From an uncultured Flavobacteriales bacterium (GTDB lineage: Bacteria > Bacteroidota > Bacteroidia > Flavobacteriales_G > Salibacteraceae), in assembly GCA_943788725.1 (NCBI GenBank), contig CALSRJ010000001.1:492861-556860 (forward strand): a stretch of 64,000 bases of DNA, in the 5' to 3' direction. The translations under genes and the position numbers were made by a program. Below are positions 56,735 through 64,000 of this stretch, one piece after another. The stretch's first letter is position 1. Each line of letters starts with the position of its first letter. The notes under the pieces are model-generated. The model did not search any database, was not told the origin of the DNA, and worked only from the letters and a program-made list of their open reading frames with translations.

Positions 56735-59428
56735 ATGAATAAGGGGAATAGTACTATAAACATGGTCGGACGCTGGTTATCAATCTTCATTTTTCTCGCC
56801 CTTTCTCAAGTATCTATTGGACAGATTTGGTCTGAAGATTTTGGTACTGCGGCCGCATGTGGAGACATTGACACCGCGGCCTTTGCGACAACTGCCAATG
56901 GAGCGTGGTCTATTACCTTTCCTAGCACAAGCAACAGTATTGATACTACCAACAACTGGTACATCAGCCCGCGTGAATCGTTCATGGGACTCACCAATTG
57001 TGGCGATGGATGTTCGGGAGGTGGTAATTTAAACCGCACGCTTCACATTTCAACGAATACGGTTCCAGGAGCAGTCTTTAATAATGACAGCCTTTCAGAC
57101 ATCATTGTTTGGACACCAGCGATCAACACGACGGGAGTTGATCACCTACTTTTAGAGTTTGACTACCTTGAAGGCGGTGGTGCTTCAGATAGCGGAACAG
57201 TTGTCATTGGTGTGGGAGGCACAGGATCCCCTGTGACTATCCTAGATCCGGCCAAGACTTTCACAGGAGGGTGTGGCATATCTGGCCAATGGACGCATGC
57301 TTCTATTTACTTGGATACCATCTACAACAACCAATTTCAAATCTACGTCGGTTTCAGATGGCAGAGCAACGGTGATGGCGCGGGTACAGCTCCTTCGTTT
57401 GCAGTTGACAACATTGAAATTACGGACGATGTACCAGAAGCCAATTTTGCAATGTCGGATGATTCTGTTTGTGTAGGTGACCCTGTCGACTTCACCAACT
57501 TCACCACAAGTCAGAATGCGACGTACGCTTGGGCCTTTGGCGGTTCAGCTACACCAACCACCTCTACGCAGGCGAGTCCTCAAAACGTGGTTTTCTCCAC
57601 GCCTGGTACGTATGTAATCACCTTGACAGCGACGAACTCCAACGGTAACAATGTACACCTGGATACCATTGAAGTGCTCAACTGTATCCCTCCTGGAGCT
57701 GACTTCATTGCTTCTGCCACGAATATTTGCGAAGGTCAGTGCATCGATTTCCAAGATATTTCAACCGATGGAACGTTCGGGAAAGGCCAATGGAACTGGC
57801 AATTCCAAGGTGGATCTCCTTCCCTCTCTAACGTTCAGCATCCGCAGCAGATCTGCTATGCCAACAGTGGAATTTATAATGTAACCCTAACGGTGACCGA
57901 CACCGTCACAGGATTGGCAGACACGCTCATCCAAACGGCGTACATCAATGTAGACACTTGTTCTGTTCCTACGGCTACGGTTGCCGCAGATGACACTACG
58001 GTTTGTAACAACGACTTCATCACCTTCTACGCATTGACCACCGGTAACCCTGACAGTATCCAGTGGATCTTTGAGGGAGGTAATCCTGCATCCATCAAGC
58101 ACACGGCGGACTCCTTAGATACGATTGATGTATTCTATCCAACGGCGGGAACGTACACCGTGACCATCATTGTCTGGAACCAAGCTGGGTCCGGCGTAGA
58201 TACCTTGGTCAATTTCGTGACGATTTTAGATTGTCCTGTCCCCATCGCTGCATTTGATGCCAATGATCGGGTGATTTGCCCTGGAGCATCCGTGGTCTTC
58301 CAAGACAATTCGCAATTCGCAACAGAGTGGTATTGGGAGTTCCCCGGAGGTGCACCTGGCTCTTCTAATGATCAGTATCCTGTCGAAATCAAATACACCA
58401 CACCTGGCGTTTACCCGGTCATCTTGATCGTGAAGAACGTGAATGGTGAAGACACATTGATCGTAGACGACTTCATCAAGGTAGATTCATGTTTACCTCC
58501 AGACCCTCGTTTTGAAGTAGAGCGGGATTCTATTTGCAGAGGTACTTGCGTACAGTTCTTCAACACATCGCTGAGAACCGACAGCTTCTACTTTATTTTT
58601 TGGTGGCATCCAGATCCTGACTCGATTACGGGTACGGGTGCTGACACCATTACTCCTACAACTCCTGGCTATGCCTGGATGCTGGATGACACTTTATTCA
58701 ACGACACGTTCTTCGTGGTTTGGAAAGACTACTACCCTGTCATGGCTAGGGTGACGAATGAGGATGATCCCATCTATTGTTTTGACGACAGCGGTACCGT
58801 TGGGCTTCAATTATTTGCCTACAACGAGTACGACGTATCTGTGCTGAATATGCAAGACATCGGTGTATTGAATATTGGTGGATCCTATCCCGAAGTAAGC
58901 GCAGGCCCTGATAAGGAAGTACTCATCGATAACATTGACAGTCGCTTCTTCAAAGAAGATACGATCAGCCTAGAAGGAAAAGGAACAGCTCCTTTCTTCA
59001 AATGGTTCCCTGAGGATGGGCTATCGTGTTCAGACTGTCCAAGACCTATCATCTACCCTACTACGACGAGAAAGTACTACTTGACGAATTACGACAAGTA
59101 CGGATGCCAGGACTATGACTCTGTAATCGTATATGTAGATCAAGGCTACCACATGGGTATTCCGAATATCTTCAGTCCAAATGGTGACGACAACAACGAC
59201 ATCTTGTGGCTGCGTGGAAACAACATTTCGAACGAAGGATTTGTGATGCAGATTTGGAACCGTTACGGTGAAATGATCTTTGAATCGTTCAGCCAAAACA
59301 ACGGTTGGGATGGCACTTACAAAGGTGTCCCTGCCCCTGCTGGTTCATACAAGTACTACGTAAGAGCTACTTTTGAGAATGGAGAGGTAGGAGAATTAAA
59401 GGGTAACGTAAGTTTGGTGAGATACTGA
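56735..59428 (+). CDS. large PKD-repeat surface protein with T9SS type-B (gliding-motility-associated, CHU_C) C-terminal domain
   Basis: 897 aa with a signal peptide. At least five PKD-like repeats, for example CVGDPVDFTNFT...YAWAFGG and CPGASVVFQDNS...WYWEFPGG. C-terminus IPNIFSPNGDDNNDILWL...WNRYGEMIFES...GWDGTYKG...YKYYV. Confidence 0.85.
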   Translation: MNKGNSTINMVGRWLSIFIFLALSQVSIGQIWSEDFGTAAACGDIDTAAFATTANGAWSITFPSTSNSIDTTNNWYISPRESFMGLTNCGDGCSGGGNLNRTLHISTNTVPGAVFNNDSLSDIIVWTPAINTTGVDHLLLEFDYLEGGGASDSGTVVIGVGGTGSPVTILDPAKTFTGGCGISGQWTHASIYLDTIYNNQFQIYVGFRWQSNGDGAGTAPSFAVDNIEITDDVPEANFAMSDDSVCVGDPVDFTNFTTSQNATYAWAFGGSATPTTSTQASPQNVVFSTPGTYVITLTATNSNGNNVHLDTIEVLNCIPPGADFIASATNICEGQCIDFQDISTDGTFGKGQWNWQFQGGSPSLSNVQHPQQICYANSGIYNVTLTVTDTVTGLADTLIQTAYINVDTCSVPTATVAADDTTVCNNDFITFYALTTGNPDSIQWIFEGGNPASIKHTADSLDTIDVFYPTAGTYTVTIIVWNQAGSGVDTLVNFVTILDCPVPIAAFDANDRVICPGASVVFQDNSQFATEWYWEFPGGAPGSSNDQYPVEIKYTTPGVYPVILIVKNVNGEDTLIVDDFIKVDSCLPPDPRFEVERDSICRGTCVQFFNTSLRTDSFYFIFWWHPDPDSITGTGADTITPTTPGYAWMLDDTLFNDTFFVVWKDYYPVMARVTNEDDPIYCFDDSGTVGLQLFAYNEYDVSVLNMQDIGVLNIGGSYPEVSAGPDKEVLIDNIDSRFFKEDTISLEGKGTAPFFKWFPEDGLSCSDCPRPIIYPTTTRKYYLTNYDKYGCQDYDSVIVYVDQGYHMGIPNIFSPNGDDNNDILWLRGNNISNEGFVMQIWNRYGEMIFESFSQNNGWDGTYKGVPAPAGSYKYYVRATFENGEVGELKGNVSLVRY

Positions 59429-60477
59429 TGCAAAGAATACTATTCATACTGGCTATTTCGGTCATTGCATCCAGTGCCATGGCCCAATCGGGACTCGATC
59501 CAGAGTTTTCTACCTATTATCGGCAAACCCTGAACGTCAATCCCGCACTTGCTGGACAGGCAGATACAAAGTGGCAGGTTCAAACAACGGTGCGCGAACA
59601 ATATTGGGTAGTCTCTCAACCGTACCGATCTGGACTTTTCAATTTCGACATCAACCTCCCTATCAACGCATGGGCTGGAAACATTTGGGGTGCTGGCTTC
59701 TCGGTGATCTATGACGATCAAGGCGATACGCGCTTGAAGAATCAAGGGGTAACGTTTGATTTGGCGGTTGGACAGTACCTCGACCCACGTGAACAACACA
59801 GTTTGAGCGTTGGCTTTCAAGCAGGGATGGTACAGCGCAACATCGGCTACACCGATGTCTACTGGAACAATCAATGGGTTGGAGATGGTTTCAGCCTTCG
59901 ACGTGACAATGGCGAAACCCTTCCTGGTGATGTACAGCGCTATTTTGACCTTTCCACTGGATTCCAGTACTCATTTGATGGTGACCTGATGGACATGACA
60001 GCAGGTTATGCCGCGTTCCACGCCAATCGACCTGATGTTTCGCTCTACATTGATACCGCTGGGTATAAGCTCCCTGTTCGACACACCATTCACTGGTCCA
60101 TGGAGCACCGTTTGAAGAAGGACAACATGATGTCATTGAATCCTTCCTTCATGCTTACGCGTCAAGGAAAAACCAACAATATCATTTTCGGAAATGACTT
60201 TGTGTTTTACTTCAACGAGCCTACTCGTGTTACTGGAAAGCGAAAAGAGTACAGCATGTCGTTGGGTGTTCACCACCGTTTAGCAAAAGATATGATTGGT
60301 ACCATCATGCTAAACCTCGCAGGCTTTACGTTTGGAGGATCGTATGATATCTCGATCAACAACATCAACCGCGTCAACGACTACATGGGTGCATGGGAAG
60401 TCTACATCGGCTACCGCGCAGGCTACCGCAAGGGAAGCAACTCTCGCTACATGCCGAACCGCAAGGGTAAGCTCTAA
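59428..60477 (+). CDS. PorP/SprF-family type IX secretion system membrane protein
   Basis: 349 aa with a signal peptide. YYRQTLNVNPALAGQ hallmark and beta-barrel-like sequence. Its ATG overlaps the cargo gene stop (TGATG). Confidence 0.85.
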   Translation: MQRILFILAISVIASSAMAQSGLDPEFSTYYRQTLNVNPALAGQADTKWQVQTTVREQYWVVSQPYRSGLFNFDINLPINAWAGNIWGAGFSVIYDDQGDTRLKNQGVTFDLAVGQYLDPREQHSLSVGFQAGMVQRNIGYTDVYWNNQWVGDGFSLRRDNGETLPGDVQRYFDLSTGFQYSFDGDLMDMTAGYAAFHANRPDVSLYIDTAGYKLPVRHTIHWSMEHRLKKDNMMSLNPSFMLTRQGKTNNIIFGNDFVFYFNEPTRVTGKRKEYSMSLGVHHRLAKDMIGTIMLNLAGFTFGGSYDISINNINRVNDYMGAWEVYIGYRAGYRKGSNSRYMPNRKGKL

Positions 60478-60490
60478 GTCCTGCGACCAC

Positions 60491-61222
60491 ATGCGGTCTG
60501 TCCTCTACTGTATCTTACTTCTACTTTTTTTCGCCAGCAGCGATGTTCATGCGCAATCGGTTAAAATTCGGGGTCAAGTATTTCATGCAGATGATCCTAC
60601 GTTCAACCTTTTGATTGTCAACAAGACAAAGGGCAAAGGCGTGTTTGGCGAGCAGGATGGCAGCTTCGAAATAACGGTGGAAAAGACAGATACCGTATTG
60701 GTCGGTGCACTGGGCTATCAAACCCGAAAGCTTTGCATGGCAGACAGCGCCGATAAATCGGTATACACCGTAAAGATCTTCCTTCAGAACCTCAGCGTGA
60801 ATCTTCGTACAGTACAGGTATTCCCTAAGCGCGAACTAGAGACCATCCAAGAAGACATCCGCAAATTGGGGTATGACGACCGCGATTATATGGTTACCGG
60901 CATCGACGCGATGAGCTCTCCCCTCACCTATCTCTACCAACAGGTGAGTCGCAAAGAAAGGATGAAGCGCCGCGCTTATGAAATCATCAACGCGGATAAG
61001 AAGCGAGACCTGTTGAAAGAACTCTTCACCAAGTACATTGATTATCAAATCATCGATTTAGAAGAGGAAGAGTTTGAAGACTTCATCGACTTCATGGGAG
61101 TGACCGATGGGCAACTCATCAGCATGACGCAGTACGAGTTCATTCTGTTTACCAAGCAGCGTTTCAAGGTGTTTCGGCAGGTGCCTCGCCAATACAAGCA
61201 AGACATCGATACCCACGATTGA
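60491..61222 (+). CDS. secreted CarboxypepD_reg-like domain protein
   Basis: ORF 60332..61222. The ATG at 60491 gives MRSVLYCILLLLFFASSDVHAQ, a signal peptide. SVKIRGQVFHADDPT...DGSFEITVEKTDTVLVGALGYQT is CarboxypepD_reg-like. Confidence 0.65.
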   Translation: MRSVLYCILLLLFFASSDVHAQSVKIRGQVFHADDPTFNLLIVNKTKGKGVFGEQDGSFEITVEKTDTVLVGALGYQTRKLCMADSADKSVYTVKIFLQNLSVNLRTVQVFPKRELETIQEDIRKLGYDDRDYMVTGIDAMSSPLTYLYQQVSRKERMKRRAYEIINADKKRDLLKELFTKYIDYQIIDLEEEEFEDFIDFMGVTDGQLISMTQYEFILFTKQRFKVFRQVPRQYKQDIDTHD

Positions 61223-61306
61223 GCTTTTCCACAACCGATGGTGATTAGATTCTCCACTTGCCCCTTCAAACAACAGGAGAATAGATGAACTTAGACGACA
61301 TTAAAC

Positions 61307-61849
61307 ATGATCGTCATGAAGCATTTTCTCTTCGCAGTCCTCTTTCTTGCCCTTGCCTGTAGCTTACAAGCACAACACAGCGTAGTACTTAAAACTGGGG
61401 AAAAGGTAAAAGGCGTTGTCATGGCGTTGAACGACGACATGCTAACGATCTACGTGAACCGAGAGCCAAAGGAAATCCACCTGCGCGACGTGAGTTCGAT
61501 CTTTTTTGATGAATACGTGCCCTACGATGGCACCCTTAAAGATGACACACCTGTCAAACGCATCAAGAGCTTAGACGGGGCCTATGTGGTTGATTATCAA
61601 ATCAAGGACCGAGACATGACCCTGGCTCCAAGACTCTCCAACGCCACCCAAAAGAAAGGCACCGTGGTAGTAGAAGTGTTGGTAAACCGAGCAGGAACCG
61701 TGATGAAAGCCAAATCTGGCGTAACCGGAAGCACCACTAGCGACGAATACCTACTCACCAAGGCAGAATATGCCTGCAAAGGAGTGCAGTTCAACGAGCA
61801 CATGACGGGACCCTTGGAGACCTCCGGGTTGATTACGATACATTATTGA
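61307..61849 (+). CDS. secreted protein with TonB-C-like C-terminal domain
   Basis: 180 aa. Signal peptide FLFAVLFLALACSLQAQ. KKGTVVVEVLVNRAGTVMKAKSG...LLTKAEYACKGVQF resembles an energy-transducer TonB C-terminal fold. Confidence 0.55.
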   Translation: MIVMKHFLFAVLFLALACSLQAQHSVVLKTGEKVKGVVMALNDDMLTIYVNREPKEIHLRDVSSIFFDEYVPYDGTLKDDTPVKRIKSLDGAYVVDYQIKDRDMTLAPRLSNATQKKGTVVVEVLVNRAGTVMKAKSGVTGSTTSDEYLLTKAEYACKGVQFNEHMTGPLETSGLITIHY

Positions 61850-61955
61850 AAGCGGCTGTTGGCTGTTGGCCATTTTTGATTAACCTGGACTTGTTCCTTT
61901 CAATAGACCTTTCGGTCAACCTGAACGTTGCAATTGACTACGATGTACTCAACCA

Positions 61956-61991
61956 CAAAAAAAGGGCAGCCAGCGGCCGCCCTTTCTCTTT
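61956..61991. terminator. bidirectional terminator between convergent genes
   Basis: A8, then stem GGGCAGCC / GGCCGCCC pairing 7 of 8 bases, then T-rich TTTCTCTTT. It sits between the 61849 gene end and the 62008 gene end. Confidence 0.6.
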
Positions 61992-62007
61992 AAACATTGT
62001 GTTTGGC

Positions 62008-64000
62008 TTACTTCCCGAGCGTGGCGTAGTTCTCGCCATACTCAAGCATTTGGCCTAGGAAGTCCTCTGGGTACTCGACTTTCACGTCGGTGATGAGGTC
62101 TCCTTCCATTACTGGAACCAACCTTGGGTTGATAAAACCTCCGTAGGGTGCGCTGTCTAACTTGGCTGCGCGCTCTAACACTTCTTTGTGAAGGTCTTGG
62201 TCCACTTTTACGCCGTAGTTCTCAACGAGTGCGCTTCCTGCTTCGTAGTCTCCTTCGCTCTTGATGCGCTGGATTTCACGCAGCAGCTCACCAAAGATGA
62301 CGCGTAGCTTTTCGTAATCATTCACCTCGAAGTAGGTCTTTCCATCCACGACTTTCTTTTCGATGACGTTGTCGGCCATTCCTTTTTCATAGGCGCAAGA
62401 GGCTACGAGCTGCCGATTACGCATGTGCGCTTCTTCAATGTCAGCCCCAGGCTCCAGTCGACGAAGTTGCAACATCATGCCGTTGCTGATGTATGAATCG
62501 TATTCCGCCCTTCCTACTTCAAGGGACGGAATCAATCCGAGCTCAACGAGCTTCGGGTCCATCAAGAAATACAAGGCAACGAGGTCAGCACGTCCCTCTT
62601 CCAAGGTGGATGCATAATTCTTCAATGTCTCCTTTGGAGTACCGATGCCTTTGTTCAGCTTTCCAGATGCGTGTCCCACCACTTCGTGCAAGGCAGTATG
62701 AAGCTTGCCCCCTAAGGTACCGTGCTCTTTGCTGCGCGCACGCAATTCCTCTGTGCGAATGAATTCCTCTGCAGACCCTTCACCGGCAGACTTTTCGTAT
62801 GCATAGACAATGTTGCCCAGGCTAACTGATTTTGAACCGTGCTTGGCGCGGATCCAGTTCGCATTGGGTAGGTTCACACCAATAGGTGTTGAAGGAGATG
62901 CATCACCTGCCTCACCTGCCGTATTCACCACTTTGTAGGTTACCCCCACTACGCTTTCCTTTTTGTGTTCTGCCATGATCGAAGAATTGTCTTCGAACCA
63001 TTGCACATTTTCCATCAATACATTCATGCGCGCTGAAGCATCAAAATCTTTGATTTGCACAATGCTCTCGTACGAGCCCGTATATCCCTTAGGATCGTTG
63101 TACACCTCTACAAATCCTTGGATATAATCGATGTCACCCTCGGTTGCTCCTGCCCATGCGATGTTGTATTCATCCCAGACTTCAAGGTCGCCAGTCTTGT
63201 AGAACTCTATGAGCAATTGCAATGCGTCGGCTTGTGCTTGGTTCTCGGCCACACCAGCAGCTTTTTCTAACCAATACACCACTCGGTCGATAGATGCTCC
63301 GTAGAGACCTCCACTTTTGTACACTTCTTCAGTTACGGTGCCGTCCTTGGCTTTCACGAGCTTGCTGTTCAAACCGCAGCTGATAGGCTCTTGATCTGCT
63401 GTATCGATCACGCTGCTGTAGTACGCATCCACGTCCGCTTCCGTCATGTTTGGGCTGTACATGTTTACTGCTGATCCTTTGATGAGGCCTTTCTTACTGT
63501 CCAGATTTACCTTTTTAGCATCAAAAGCCGGGTCAAAGATGGCACGCATGGCCTCATCGTTCAATGTGGCTCCTGTAGCATCTAGCAAAGACTGGAAATA
63601 GTCTTGCGGAAATTCAGGTTTGAATTTCGCCATGCTGTAATGATGGTGGATTCCGTTAGAGAAGAACACGCGCTTGGCGTAAACCACTAGGTTGTTCCAT
63701 TCTGCCGACTCTTTATCGCCTTCAAAGTTGTTGAGGATATTCTCTAGGGCTCGACGGATCTCAATATTATGTCGGTAGTTCTGATCCCAGATCATGTCAC
63801 GACCACTCAAACCGGCCTCGTAGAGGTAATACACATATTCCTTCTGCTTCGGCGTCAAATTATCCCACCCTGGAATGCGATACCTGACAATTTTGAGATC
63901 GGCAAACTGCTCTGCCAAGTATTCAAAACCCTCATCCTCTGCCACTTCCACAGTGTCATTCGCATTCTCTTCTGGCTTCTCACCTCCGCCGCATGCTTGC
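62008..64000 (-). CDS. dipeptidyl-peptidase III family (M49) metallopeptidase, 5' end outside the window
   Basis: The frame is open to the window edge. The upstream residues read ...ACGGGEKPEENAND, which looks like a lipoprotein. HEVVGH (HExxGH) and EEGRAD are the M49 zinc motifs. Confidence 0.85.
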   Translation of the reverse strand, partial: QACGGGEKPEENANDTVEVAEDEGFEYLAEQFADLKIVRYRIPGWDNLTPKQKEYVYYLYEAGLSGRDMIWDQNYRHNIEIRRALENILNNFEGDKESAEWNNLVVYAKRVFFSNGIHHHYSMAKFKPEFPQDYFQSLLDATGATLNDEAMRAIFDPAFDAKKVNLDSKKGLIKGSAVNMYSPNMTEADVDAYYSSVIDTADQEPISCGLNSKLVKAKDGTVTEEVYKSGGLYGASIDRVVYWLEKAAGVAENQAQADALQLLIEFYKTGDLEVWDEYNIAWAGATEGDIDYIQGFVEVYNDPKGYTGSYESIVQIKDFDASARMNVLMENVQWFEDNSSIMAEHKKESVVGVTYKVVNTAGEAGDASPSTPIGVNLPNANWIRAKHGSKSVSLGNIVYAYEKSAGEGSAEEFIRTEELRARSKEHGTLGGKLHTALHEVVGHASGKLNKGIGTPKETLKNYASTLEEGRADLVALYFLMDPKLVELGLIPSLEVGRAEYDSYISNGMMLQLRRLEPGADIEEAHMRNRQLVASCAYEKGMADNVIEKKVVDGKTYFEVNDYEKLRVIFGELLREIQRIKSEGDYEAGSALVENYGVKVDQDLHKEVLERAAKLDSAPYGGFINPRLVPVMEGDLITDVKVEYPEDFLGQMLEYGENYATLGK

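Noticed and set aside
61846-62058. 70-aa plus-strand ORF.
   Set aside because: It spans the intergenic terminator and runs antisense into the M49 peptidase gene end.
1-64000. Looked for CRISPR arrays, tRNA/rRNA genes, transposases, integrases, phage genes, and toxin-antitoxin or restriction-type defence genes.
   Set aside because: No repeat-spacer periodicity, no cloverleaf-like intergenic segments, and no ORF with the corresponding motifs were found. Intergenic regions are short and mostly explained by terminators or promoters.

Overview
This is a 64-kb chromosomal segment that looks like Bacteroidota, probably Flavobacteriia- or Cytophagia-like. The evidence is T9SS type-A and type-B C-terminal sorting domains, a PorP/SprF gene, TAnnTTTG -7 promoter boxes close to start codons, no obvious Shine-Dalgarno sequences, and the overall gene content. 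I support about 60 protein-coding genes, mostly core metabolism and envelope functions:

- Translation and replication: trmD-rplS and topoisomerase IV parE-parC.
- Metabolism: ribBA, aroK, pgi, serC/serA with a DUF1015 gene between pgi and serA, pepD, prolyl oligopeptidase and a partial M49 DPP-III.
- Envelope: lgt, two T9SS cargo proteins and a PorP/SprF gene.
- Signalling: one LytS/LytTR pair, one orphan LytTR response regulator, one membrane-anchored LytTR protein, a frameshifted TPR histidine kinase, a hybrid kinase with a CHASE-like sensor, and a Y_Y_Y propeller sensor fused to a SpoIIE/PP2C-like domain.
- A seven-gene polysaccharide cluster at 22433-29254.

I found no rRNA, tRNA, CRISPR array, transposase, integrase, phage gene or recognisable defence island. 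Nothing here is a clear-cut novel system. The best candidates for undescribed biology are:

1. The overlapping three-gene cassette around the propeller-PP2C sensor (16153-21173).
2. A CDP-glucose pathway combined with a ColD-like His-for-Lys 3-dehydratase and no E3 reductase (22433-29254), with an Lnb-like DUF4105 gene embedded in it.
3. DUF1015 and a small secreted protein embedded among the serine-biosynthesis genes (31937-35811).
4. A hybrid kinase translationally coupled to three redox-type genes (36404-40928).

All functional calls come from reading the translated ORFs by eye. No database search was run.
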